A stretch of DNA of 64,000 nt from an uncultured bacterium (GTDB lineage: Bacteria > Fidelibacterota > Marinisomatia > Marinisomatales > UBA1611), in the NCBI GenBank assembly GCA_943788175.1, contig CALSPG010000005.1, forward strand, positions 96,001 to 160,000, written 5' to 3'. Of the stretch, positions 22,109 through 31,562 are shown one piece after another. Below the pieces are notes generated by a model that was not told the DNA's origin, made no database searches, and worked only from the letters and a program-made list of their open reading frames with translations. The position numbers and the translations under genes were made by a program. The first letter of the stretch is position 1, and each line of letters opens with the position of its first letter.

Positions 22109-22852
22109 ATGAGCGAAAAAAAGATAACTTGTCTCTCAGCGAAAGGCTTGCATAAGCAATATGGCTCAAGGATGGTTGTCAATGATGTTGATATCTCGGT
22201 GAATCGAAATGAAGTTGTGGGTTTGTTAGGGCCTAATGGAGCTGGAAAGACGACAACATTTTACATGATTACTGGCATGGTTAAGCCAACTAAAGGCGAT
22301 ATCTTTTTAGATGATCATAAAATCACAAACGACCCAATGTATCGAAGAGCTAGGAAAGGCGTTGGATATCTTGCACAGGAACCTTCTATTTTTTCAAAAT
22401 TAACTGTAGAAAATAATTTAAAGCTAGTGCTTGAGATGAGAAAAGATCTTACAAAAGATGAGCAAGAAGAAAAGCTAAACTCTTTATTAGACGATTTTTC
22501 TGTTACTAAATTAAGAAGTAGTAAAGGAGGAACACTTTCAGGGGGGGAAAGAAGGCGCGTAGAAATTGCTAGATCTCTTTGCATGGACCCTGACTTTGTC
22601 CTACTAGACGAGCCTTTTGCAGGGGTTGATCCAATTGCAGTAGAAGAGATTCAGTCTATTGTTAACTCTTTAAAAGAAAGAAATATAGGTGTTTTAATTA
22701 CTGATCACAATGTAAGAGAAACTCTTTCAATAACAGACCGTTCATATCTTCTTTTTAATGGTCAAATTTTAAAATCAGGGACTTCTGAAGATTTAGCGAA
22801 TGATAAAGAAGCAAAAAGGCTTTATCTCGGAGAAAAATTTAGGTTAGACTAG
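22109..22852 (+). CDS. lptB: LPS export ABC transporter ATPase
   Basis: GPNGAGKTTTFYM, YLAQEPSIF, LSGGERRRVEIAR, DEPFAGVDP, ITDHNVRETL. Confidence 0.98.
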   Translation: MSEKKITCLSAKGLHKQYGSRMVVNDVDISVNRNEVVGLLGPNGAGKTTTFYMITGMVKPTKGDIFLDDHKITNDPMYRRARKGVGYLAQEPSIFSKLTVENNLKLVLEMRKDLTKDEQEEKLNSLLDDFSVTKLRSSKGGTLSGGERRRVEIARSLCMDPDFVLLDEPFAGVDPIAVEEIQSIVNSLKERNIGVLITDHNVRETLSITDRSYLLFNGQILKSGTSEDLANDKEAKRLYLGEKFRLD

Positions 22853-22855
22853 TAT

Positions 22856-24196
22856 ATGCCTCGTTTATCACAAAGACTTGAGCAAAAACAAAAGCTTGCT
22901 CCTAGGCAAGTATTGCAAGCTAGACTTCTTCAATTAAACACGATAAACCTTGAGCAAACAATTTTAAAGGAGCTTGAGCTTAATCCTATCTTAGAACAAG
23001 TAGAGCCGGAAGAATTCGAAGAGAAATCAATGGCCGAAGAGGTGTTGGAAGAACTTGATGCACCAATAGAAGATGTATATACGGATGAAAGTTCATACTA
23101 CCTTGATCAAGAAAAAGCAGACTTACCAGTACCAGATAGGAATACTTTTATTGAAAAAATTATTGATCAATTAAAAGACTTAGGCCTCACAGACTTGGAA
23201 AAGGATATTGCAGAAGAAATACTTTGGAATATAAATGAAAGAGGCTATCTGGATACAGACCTAATACTAATTGCTGATAATTTTGGGTTGGAAGAGGAAG
23301 ATCTTGAACCAATTCTTTTAGTCATACAGCGTATGAATCCAAAAGGTCTAGCATCTAGAAATCTTAAAGAGTGTTTAGCTATACAACTTGAAGATGACAA
23401 AGATTCTCTATCCTACAGGATAGTATCAAAATATTTTGATGATTTTATGCATAAAAGATATGATAAAATTAAAATCAAACTAAAATGTTCAAGCTCAGAA
23501 CTTCATGACGCTGTTAAAAAAATATCCAAATTAAACCCCCGCCCAGGAGAAGGGTATGCTGATAGCTTTCAAGTCATAATTCCTGATTTAGTCGTAAGAG
23601 AAGATGGGGACGATTGGTTAATTACTACTAATGATGGTGGCGTTCCAGAACTTAGAATTAGTAAAACTTATGAAAATGGTATAGAAAATGGAGAGTTTGT
23701 TGGTAAGGCAAAAACGTTTGTGCGAGAAAAAATAGATTCAGCAAACTGGTTTATTGAAGCAGTCAAGCAAAGAAGAGTTACTATGGTTAATGTGATGAGG
23801 GCAATTATAAAAAATCAGCCTGAATGGTTTGCCGGGGATATGAATCACCTTAGTCCTCTTAAGTTGCAAGATATAGCGGAAGAAATTGGCATGGACATTT
23901 CTACAATTAGTAGGTCAACTCGTGGTAAGTTTGTAGATACTCCTCATGGAGTATTTGAACTAAAACATTACTTTACAGACGCAATAGAGCTTGAGAATGG
24001 AAAAATTCTAGGGACATTTGTAATCAAAAAAGAGTTGCAAAATATAATTAATTTAGAAAATAAAAAGATTCCATTTAATGATGACACTTTAGTTCAACTA
24101 TTAAAGGATAAAGGTTATAAGCTTGCAAGAAGAACGGTGGCAAAGTATCGAGACCAGCTAGGTGTTCCCGTAGCAAGACTTAGAAAAGAAATATAA
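22856..24196 (+). CDS. rpoN: RNA polymerase sigma-54 factor
   Basis: Q/L-rich region I, PLKLQDIAEEIGMDISTISR HTH, RpoN box ARRTVAKYR. Confidence 0.97.
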   Translation: MPRLSQRLEQKQKLAPRQVLQARLLQLNTINLEQTILKELELNPILEQVEPEEFEEKSMAEEVLEELDAPIEDVYTDESSYYLDQEKADLPVPDRNTFIEKIIDQLKDLGLTDLEKDIAEEILWNINERGYLDTDLILIADNFGLEEEDLEPILLVIQRMNPKGLASRNLKECLAIQLEDDKDSLSYRIVSKYFDDFMHKRYDKIKIKLKCSSSELHDAVKKISKLNPRPGEGYADSFQVIIPDLVVREDGDDWLITTNDGGVPELRISKTYENGIENGEFVGKAKTFVREKIDSANWFIEAVKQRRVTMVNVMRAIIKNQPEWFAGDMNHLSPLKLQDIAEEIGMDISTISRSTRGKFVDTPHGVFELKHYFTDAIELENGKILGTFVIKKELQNIINLENKKIPFNDDTLVQLLKDKGYKLARRTVAKYRDQLGVPVARLRKEI

Positions 24197-24213
24197 ACAG
24201 AGGAGATGTTAAC

Positions 24214-25188
24214 ATGGCAAGAAAAATAATCGTTGGTGATCAAGAGTTTACTATTCCTGATAAATTCCCAAAAAGTGGATTATCAATTGGGATACTTTTA
24301 GCCGCATTATTCGCGGTTTGGAGTTCAGTATATCGGGTTGAATTAGAAGAGGAAGGCGTCTTGATGACGTTGGGAGAATATTCAGGGTTAGTACAATCGG
24401 GTATTCATTTAAAATGGCCTGCTCCAATTCAAACAGTTATAAAAATTCCTACAAAAAGAGAGCTAGAGATGGAATTTGGGCAACGTGGGACGACAGGATC
24501 TGACAGAAGAGTTAATCGCTCTGAAATTGAAGAGGAGTCTCTTATGCTAACGGGTGACTTGAATGTAGCTGTTGTTCCATGGAAAACGCAATATAGGATA
24601 GTTGAGCCAAGCAAGTTTTTATTTAAAGTGAAAGACCCAATTGGAACATTTCGCGATATGAATGAAGCTGTTATGCGTGAAGTTATTGGCGATAGGAGTG
24701 TTAACGAAGTTCTTACCGCTGGTCGCCAAGAGATTGCGGCAAAAATGGAAGTAAAGCTTCAAGAGATGTGTGACCAATATGAAAACGGAATAAAAATTAA
24801 TAGAATTCTGCTTCAGAAAGTACTGCCTCCAAAACAGGTGCAGGATGCTTTCAATGAGGTAAATACTGCAGAGCAAGAAAAAGAGAAAATGATAAATCAA
24901 GCTCTGGGAGATTATAATCGTATTATCCCTAGAGCTAGAGGTGAAGCAGAGCAAACTGTTCAACAAGCTGAAGGTTACTCAATGGACCGTATAAATAGAG
25001 CAAAGGGTGATGCTTCGCTGTATAGTAATCTTTTAAAAGCATATAAAAAGTCACCAGAGGTGACAAAGGATAGGATTTATCTTGAAACAATGGCAAAGGT
25101 ATATCCAAATGTAAAACAAAAAATAATCTTAGATAAGGAATTAGAAGGTGTCTTGCCTCTTCTTCCACTTGGTCAGGAGAGCAAATAA
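24214..25188 (+). CDS. hflK: FtsH protease modulator HflK
   Basis: TM plus SPFH domain, MLTGDLN, PPKQVQDAFNEV, PRARGEA, RIYLETM; GGAG RBS upstream. Confidence 0.93.
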   Translation: MARKIIVGDQEFTIPDKFPKSGLSIGILLAALFAVWSSVYRVELEEEGVLMTLGEYSGLVQSGIHLKWPAPIQTVIKIPTKRELEMEFGQRGTTGSDRRVNRSEIEEESLMLTGDLNVAVVPWKTQYRIVEPSKFLFKVKDPIGTFRDMNEAVMREVIGDRSVNEVLTAGRQEIAAKMEVKLQEMCDQYENGIKINRILLQKVLPPKQVQDAFNEVNTAEQEKEKMINQALGDYNRIIPRARGEAEQTVQQAEGYSMDRINRAKGDASLYSNLLKAYKKSPEVTKDRIYLETMAKVYPNVKQKIILDKELEGVLPLLPLGQESK

Positions 25189-26126
25189 TGGGAAAGTTAA
25201 TTAGTATAATTGTTACAGTTGGTATTTTTGCTGCAGTACTCATTTTCGGAGGAGCTTTTTATATTGTAAATGAAAGCGAGCAGGTCGTAATTACTCAGTT
25301 TGGTAAACCAGTTGGAGATCCAATAACAACACCTGGTTTGAAAATAAAAACTCCATTTTTAGAGACTGCAAATTATTTTGATAAAAGGTTCTTAGCTTGG
25401 GATGGAGAACCGAAACAGGTTTCCACTAGAGATAAGCGTTTTATTAATATTAATACTTATGCTCGTTGGAGGATTTCAGACCCATTGCAGTATGCAAAAA
25501 GTTTATCTGATGAGTCTAGAGCTAAGAATCGGATTGGTTCTGTACTCGAAGGCGCTACTCAAAATGCAATTGCAAAACACGATTTGATTGAGCTAGTCAG
25601 GACTACAAACAGAGATTATATAGTAAATAATGAAGATACTAATGATCAGTCGAGTAAAGAAAAAACTGTAATAAAAAGTGGAAGAGATGAGTTGACTAGA
25701 GAAATACTAGAGATCGCCAAATCTAGTACAAGCGAGCTAGGTATAGAAATTCTAGATTTCCAGTTTAAGCGAATTAATTATGTACCCGAAGTGCGGAAAA
25801 AAGTATACGAACGTATGGTTTCAGAGCGTAAGCGGATTGCAGAAGAGTTCCGTTCTCAAGGTGCAGGAGAGTCAGCTAGAATTAGCGGTCAAAAAGATAG
25901 AGACCTCAAAGAAATTACTTCAGATGCCTACAGGCGTTCTCAAGAAATCAAAGGTAAGGCAGACGCAAAGGCTGCTAATATATACGCAGCCGCCTACAAT
26001 AAAGACCCGGCATTTTATCGTTTTATGAGAACTATGGAGATATATGGAGAGACTTTAGATAAAGAAACTATTTTGGTTTTAAGCACTGAAGGAGATTTCT
26101 TAAAGTATCTTGGATCTGTAAAATGA
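25188..26126 (+). CDS. hflC: FtsH protease modulator HflC
   Basis: TM, QFGKP, ARWRISDP, KRINY, VYERMVSER, DPAFYRFMR. Confidence 0.93.
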   Translation: MGKLISIIVTVGIFAAVLIFGGAFYIVNESEQVVITQFGKPVGDPITTPGLKIKTPFLETANYFDKRFLAWDGEPKQVSTRDKRFININTYARWRISDPLQYAKSLSDESRAKNRIGSVLEGATQNAIAKHDLIELVRTTNRDYIVNNEDTNDQSSKEKTVIKSGRDELTREILEIAKSSTSELGIEILDFQFKRINYVPEVRKKVYERMVSERKRIAEEFRSQGAGESARISGQKDRDLKEITSDAYRRSQEIKGKADAKAANIYAAAYNKDPAFYRFMRTMEIYGETLDKETILVLSTEGDFLKYLGSVK

Positions 26127-26668
26127 AAAACCAAAAAATAAGGTCAACTACCATTCTAGGTGTGCGCTCACAAAGAAAAGTTGCTATTGCAGGAGATGGG
26201 CAGGTTACTTTTGGAGATATGGCAATGAAACAGAAAGCTGTTAAAGTTAGAAAGTTTGATAGTCCAAAAGGCGGAGTCGTTGGTGGTTTTGCTGGCGCAG
26301 CTGCAGATGCTCTTACACTTTTTGAAAAATTTGAACAAAAGCTTGAGGAGTATGAAGGTGATTTAAAAAGGTCTGTGGTCGAAATGGCAAAGGATTGGAG
26401 AATGGATAAAATGCTTCGTCATCTAGAAGCCTTATTATTAGTAATGGACAAAAAAGATAGTTTTATCATTGCTGGGGATGGAAATGTAATTGAGCCAGAT
26501 GGACCTGTTGTTTCGATTGGTTCAGGAGGAGGTTTTGCGCAAGCAGCAGCTATTGCCTTTCATCAATCTGGAAAATACTCTGCAAAAAAAATTGCAGAAG
26601 AATCTTTAAAAATTGCTGCTGGATTATGTATTTATACAAATGATTCAATTACCGTATTGGAGCTTTAA
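26123..26668 (+). CDS. hslV: ATP-dependent protease peptidase subunit HslV
   Basis: STTILGV (catalytic Thr after a short propeptide), AGDGQVT, GFAG..ADA, IGSGG, CIYTN. Confidence 0.97.
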   Translation: MKNQKIRSTTILGVRSQRKVAIAGDGQVTFGDMAMKQKAVKVRKFDSPKGGVVGGFAGAAADALTLFEKFEQKLEEYEGDLKRSVVEMAKDWRMDKMLRHLEALLLVMDKKDSFIIAGDGNVIEPDGPVVSIGSGGGFAQAAAIAFHQSGKYSAKKIAEESLKIAAGLCIYTNDSITVLEL

Positions 26669-28008
26669 TGAAAGAACTTACCCCTAAACAGATTGTCCGC
26701 GAGCTTGATAAATACATAATTGGTCAATCAAAAGCTAAAAAAGCGGTTGCAATAGCTATGAGAAATAGATGGAGACGGCAACAAGTTGATGGTTATATGC
26801 GAAACGAAATTATGCCAAATAACATAATAATGATAGGCTCTACAGGTGTTGGTAAAACTGAAATATCTAGGAGATTAGCTGCTTTGACTAGTGCTCCATT
26901 TGTAAAAGTGGAAGCTAGTAAATTTACTGAGGTTGGTTATGTAGGTAGAGACGTTGAATCCATGGTAAGAGATTTAATGGATACTTCTTTTAATATGGTA
27001 CAGAGAGAAAAAGAAGAAGAGGTTGTCGAGTTAGCTGAAAGCATGGCAAACGAAAGAATCATAGATATCCTTTTTACAGAAAAGGACTCAAAAAAGTCTA
27101 CATCGACTGATGAAGCCAATGAGAGGCATGCAAAGACCCGAGCGAGACTTAGGAAAAAATTAGAAAACGGAGATTTTGAAGAAACTATAATTGAAATTGA
27201 AATTGAGCAAGAATCTATAGCTGGGATGCAAGTTTTAGGGCCGATTGGGATGGATGATTTTGGAATGAACATTAAAGATATGCTAAGTAATGCAATTCCT
27301 AAATCTAAAAAGCCTAGAAAAATGCCAGTAACTGAAGCGAGAGAAGTCCTTATTGATTCTGAAGCTCAGAAACTAATAGATAATGATGAAGTCATTCGCA
27401 TAGCTAAGGATAAAGTAGAGAATAATGGTATTATTTTTATAGATGAGATTGACAAAGTTGTTAATGGGAATGGCGGACAAGGGCCTGATGTGAGTAGGGA
27501 AGGAGTGCAAAGAGATTTATTACCAATTGTTGAAGGAAGTAACGTAAATACAAAATATGGGGTTGTCTCAACTGACCATATCTTATTTATTGCTGCTGGT
27601 GCTTTCCATATAAGTACTCCTTCTGAGATGATTCCTGAACTGCAAGGTAGGTTCCCAATTAGAGTTGAATTAGATAAACTAAAAACAAAAGATTTTATAA
27701 AAATATTAACCCACCCTAAATCAGCCTTGATTAAACAGTATGTTGCTCTTTTAGAAGCAGAGGGAGTTGTTCTCGAATTTGAGCCTTCCTCTATTAAAGC
27801 AATTTCAGAGCTTGCGACTGAAGTGAATACAAAAACTGAAAACATTGGGGCTAGGAGACTTCATACGATTATGACGACCTTGCTTGAGGAGCCGCTATAT
27901 GAACATCCAAAAAAGGGCCAAACAAAATTAAAAATCACGGCAAAGTATGTAAAAGAAGCTTTGGGCGATATTGTTTTTGATGAAGATTTAAGTAGATACA
28001 TTTTATAA
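26668..28008 (+). CDS. hslU: ATP-dependent protease ATPase subunit HslU
   Basis: LTPKQIV.ELDKYIIGQ, GSTGVGKTE, KFTEVGYVG, FIDEIDK, PELQGRFP, NIGARRL. Confidence 0.98.
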   Translation: MKELTPKQIVRELDKYIIGQSKAKKAVAIAMRNRWRRQQVDGYMRNEIMPNNIIMIGSTGVGKTEISRRLAALTSAPFVKVEASKFTEVGYVGRDVESMVRDLMDTSFNMVQREKEEEVVELAESMANERIIDILFTEKDSKKSTSTDEANERHAKTRARLRKKLENGDFEETIIEIEIEQESIAGMQVLGPIGMDDFGMNIKDMLSNAIPKSKKPRKMPVTEAREVLIDSEAQKLIDNDEVIRIAKDKVENNGIIFIDEIDKVVNGNGGQGPDVSREGVQRDLLPIVEGSNVNTKYGVVSTDHILFIAAGAFHISTPSEMIPELQGRFPIRVELDKLKTKDFIKILTHPKSALIKQYVALLEAEGVVLEFEPSSIKAISELATEVNTKTENIGARRLHTIMTTLLEEPLYEHPKKGQTKLKITAKYVKEALGDIVFDEDLSRYIL

Positions 28009-28017
28009 GGAATAAAA

Positions 28018-28935
28018 ATGAAACACTTTTTACATATATCAGACTATAGTAATTCAGAATTATGGGAGATATTAAAATTAGCGAAAGATTTAAAATCTAA
28101 ATTCCATTTAAGAGGTGATTATAAACTGTTTAAAAATAGATCTCTTGCAATGATATTTGCTAAACCTTCTGCGCGCACGAGAGTCTCATTTGAAACTGGT
28201 TTTGAATGGATGGGTGGGCACGCACTTTTTCTTGGGCCTAATGATATTGGGATTGGTAAAAGAGAGGCCATCAAAGATATTTCAAGATTGTTTAGTAGAT
28301 ATAATGATGTAATAATGGCCCGCCTCTTTGACCACGATCATATCCTTGAATTAGCAGAGTATTCTACAATCCCTGTAATTAATGGATTAACAGACTATAA
28401 TCATCCTTGTCAAATTATGACTGATATATTTACTGTCTGGGAACATCTTGAAGTCATTGATAATCCAAAAATTGTTTACATGGGAGATGGAAATAATATT
28501 GTTCATTCTTGGTTGCAATTGGCAATGAAAATCCCAATAGACTTTGTGTGTTGTTGTCCAGAAGGTTTTAAACCAGATGAAGCTACTTTACAAAAAGCTA
28601 TTGATTCTGGAATTTCAAAAATAAATATATCGCATAACCCGAACATAGCTATCCTTAATGCTGATATTGTATATACAGATGTTTGGGCTTCAATGGGTCA
28701 AAAAGATGAAGCAGCTGAACGAGAAAAGTTATTTAATAGTTTCCAAGTCAATGAAGATTTAATAGAAAAGTCTGGTAAAAAGACACTTTTTATGCATTGT
28801 TTACCTGCAGAGAGAGGAAAGGAAGTCACGGATGGTGTTATGGAAGCTGATTACTCCATTGTGTTTGATCAAGCAGAAAATAGAATGCATGTGCAAAATG
28901 CAATTATGGCTTATTTATTTGAAAAAAATAGATAA
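28018..28935 (+). CDS. argF: Ornithine carbamoyltransferase
   Basis: FAKPSARTR (variant of STRT), HPCQ, GDGNN, DVWASMG, HCLP, QAENR. Confidence 0.93.
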   Translation: MKHFLHISDYSNSELWEILKLAKDLKSKFHLRGDYKLFKNRSLAMIFAKPSARTRVSFETGFEWMGGHALFLGPNDIGIGKREAIKDISRLFSRYNDVIMARLFDHDHILELAEYSTIPVINGLTDYNHPCQIMTDIFTVWEHLEVIDNPKIVYMGDGNNIVHSWLQLAMKIPIDFVCCCPEGFKPDEATLQKAIDSGISKINISHNPNIAILNADIVYTDVWASMGQKDEAAEREKLFNSFQVNEDLIEKSGKKTLFMHCLPAERGKEVTDGVMEADYSIVFDQAENRMHVQNAIMAYLFEKNR

Positions 28936-28956
28936 GAATAGTTTTTACCTCAATTA

Positions 28957-31506
28957 CTAGTAATCCATATCCATTCCACCACCATTACCGCGGCCGCCAA
29001 AATTACGCCTGTTCCACTTCTTCTTTTGTTGCTTTCCAAAGTTATAATTTAGGTTAATGCTCATGTGTTTTTGTTGGCGTCTTCGTTCAGCATTCATTAA
29101 TTGTGTGTAGGTTTCTTCAGAAATTGGGTTGGTTATTTGATTATCGGTATTAATAACAAATTTCTTTGTGTCGAAAATGTCATCAATTTTCACTGTTACA
29201 CTTAATTTATTATTTAAAAAAGATTTTTGAATACCCAAGTCAGCACTAAAGTTTCCAGGACTACTTCCAGTTGTAAACTTCATCTCACCTCTTCCTCCCA
29301 TTGATAACTCTACCCTAGCAACTCTAGGAAGGTTAAGTGTTAACATGCTTCTGTAGTATGCACCTTCTGAATTACCATTAAGGTCAGATTCTCCATTTCC
29401 AGAGGTTTTACTATTCCAAGACCAGCGAGATAACATGATATTAATTAAAGGCATTGGGCGATAATTTAATATCAGGCTGCTTCCAATATTTTCTGAATTT
29501 TCTGAATTATCTGCAGTCATTATTTCATAAACTTTTCCTTCGTATTCAAACATGTCTCTATCCCACCACATGATATTATCTTTTACAAGCTTATATGAAA
29601 TACCAGCATTTACATTCAGTTTTCTTGAATTACTTGAAAATTTCATTTCTGCTACATCCGCATATTCAGGATCAAGGTAGGGATTTCCATTACGTATTCT
29701 TGAAATATCAAAAGTGTTTCTTGGAAAAGGGCTTATGGTACGGCGCCCAGGCCTGTTTACTTTTTTTGAATATCCAAGCTGTATTGTTTGCATTGATGAA
29801 AGCTTATAAATAAAAAATACACTGGGGTATACTTTTGAGTATGGATTAATGTAAGGAGATTCTTCCACAGCATTATTTATAATTGCAGATATAATGTTAC
29901 TACTATCTGGATTTAAATCATTCTCTGGGTCCGAATCAAGAGATGCTTTTGTCTCAACTTTTTCAAAACGAGCGCCTGCTTTTATACCAAAGCGATCTGA
30001 GATGTCGTAGGTAAAACTCGTATAAGCAGCATAAATATCTTCATTGTATTTATTATTGTACAATTGTTGCAAATAATTATAATCTGTTGAAAATGATTTT
30101 AAATTAGTTTTAAAACCTGTTTCAATTGATATTTTTTCATTTATTTGATCTTCATAATCCATACTAAAAGTAACACTATTGATTTTTTCTTTAAAATCTG
30201 TATCCTGATTTGTATTTAAATCATCATTCAACGAACTATTTTCAAAGTTAGACTGTGTTACATCATCTTCTTCAAGGTTAAGATCAAGGCTTGCTGTTAG
30301 TTTGCGATCAGTCGTTCCAAATTTGTTTTCGTAACTAATTGAATGGTCATGATGTTTCCCTTTATTTACTGACTCTGATTCAATAACTCTTGAAGGGGGG
30401 CTAGTGATTTCTAGATTTTCTTTCGTTGTTTCTTCATGGTCTCCAAATGCATAGGTGTAAGAAACTGAACTGTTACTACTTGGGTAATAATCTCCTCCAA
30501 GCCTGATTCCAATATTCGCTGGATTTTTAATTCTCAATGTGTTTTGGGATATAGAAGAATCTCTATCGGCATATTGGTAGGTGAAATTTCTATACCCTTT
30601 ACCAATATTGTTTCCAGACCTTGTACTTGCACCTCCAAACAGATTCCATTTTTCACTACGATAGTTAATATTGCTGTTTAAATTTCTTTTTTCGTATTCT
30701 CCAGCCATTCCAGATATCGTGCCATTAAAACCATCTAAAGCGCCTCTTTTCATAACGATATTGATTATACCGCCCACTCCATCAGGGTCATACTTTGCAG
30801 ATGGGTTTGTGATGACTTCTACTTTTTCTACCATTCCTACATTAATATTATCTACGACTCCTCGCCTGTTTGAACCAGTGATTCCAGAACGCTTTCCATC
30901 AATTAAAATAGTAACATTTGCATCACCCGCTATTGAGACTTCTCCATCAATATTTACATCAAGAGTAGGAACTTTTCGAAGGAGGTCAAATCCTGTGCCA
31001 CCAGCAGCTGTAAGGTTTTTTCCCACCTTAAAAATTTGTTTATCAACTGTTTGAATAAACTGGCTTTCATCTCCAACTACTTCTACTGCGCCTAGGTTTA
31101 CACTCGAGATTTTTAAGGAAATCTCACCCATATAATGTTTAATACTTCCGCTTTGACCAGTTGCTTTCCCAGGGAATATATTTAATGGGCCGATTTCTTT
31201 TTTTGCATAGCCTATAAACTCAACCATAACTATGTATTGCCCCAGAGGTATTTCTCGAACAATAAAGCTACCATCTTTTTTTGATAGCCCACCTGTAACT
31301 ACACTTCCGTCACGATTATCAATTAAAGAAATTGATGCATATTCAATTGGCATTCCAGAACTTGAGTCATTTACAGTTCCTTGAATCATTCCTATTGCCG
31401 GCATTTTTGGTTTTTTGCTATGACCTCCATGAGCTATTAGATGGTCAATTGATAAATAAAATAAAGAGATTAATGTTAACATTAATCTTGTAGAGTTTTT
31501 TGACAT
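28957..31506 (-). CDS. TonB-dependent-receptor-like outer membrane beta-barrel with N-terminal carboxypeptidase-regulatory-like domain
   Basis: Signal peptide, IQGTV.D...PIEYASI...FIGY domain, plug motif VEKVEVITNPSAKYDPDGVGGIINIV, GNPYLDPE, barrel strands. Confidence 0.88.
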   Translation of the reverse strand: MSKNSTRLMLTLISLFYLSIDHLIAHGGHSKKPKMPAIGMIQGTVNDSSSGMPIEYASISLIDNRDGSVVTGGLSKKDGSFIVREIPLGQYIVMVEFIGYAKKEIGPLNIFPGKATGQSGSIKHYMGEISLKISSVNLGAVEVVGDESQFIQTVDKQIFKVGKNLTAAGGTGFDLLRKVPTLDVNIDGEVSIAGDANVTILIDGKRSGITGSNRRGVVDNINVGMVEKVEVITNPSAKYDPDGVGGIINIVMKRGALDGFNGTISGMAGEYEKRNLNSNINYRSEKWNLFGGASTRSGNNIGKGYRNFTYQYADRDSSISQNTLRIKNPANIGIRLGGDYYPSSNSSVSYTYAFGDHEETTKENLEITSPPSRVIESESVNKGKHHDHSISYENKFGTTDRKLTASLDLNLEEDDVTQSNFENSSLNDDLNTNQDTDFKEKINSVTFSMDYEDQINEKISIETGFKTNLKSFSTDYNYLQQLYNNKYNEDIYAAYTSFTYDISDRFGIKAGARFEKVETKASLDSDPENDLNPDSSNIISAIINNAVEESPYINPYSKVYPSVFFIYKLSSMQTIQLGYSKKVNRPGRRTISPFPRNTFDISRIRNGNPYLDPEYADVAEMKFSSNSRKLNVNAGISYKLVKDNIMWWDRDMFEYEGKVYEIMTADNSENSENIGSSLILNYRPMPLINIMLSRWSWNSKTSGNGESDLNGNSEGAYYRSMLTLNLPRVARVELSMGGRGEMKFTTGSSPGNFSADLGIQKSFLNNKLSVTVKIDDIFDTKKFVINTDNQITNPISEETYTQLMNAERRRQQKHMSINLNYNFGKQQKKKWNRRNFGGRGNGGGMDMDY

Positions 31507-31529
31507 TTGAATCCTTGAGTTATATGATA

Positions 31530-31556
31530 TTAGACTGTGGGTATACTAAAAAGTTA
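31530..31556 (-). promoter_or_regulatory. Candidate ECF (sigmaE-type) promoter for the TonB-dependent receptor gene
   Basis: The minus strand reads TAACTT-N16-TCTAA (…AACTT TTTAGTATACCCACAG TCTAA…), followed by an AAGGA RBS and the ATG at 31506. Confidence 0.45.
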
Positions 31557-31562
31557 AATATT

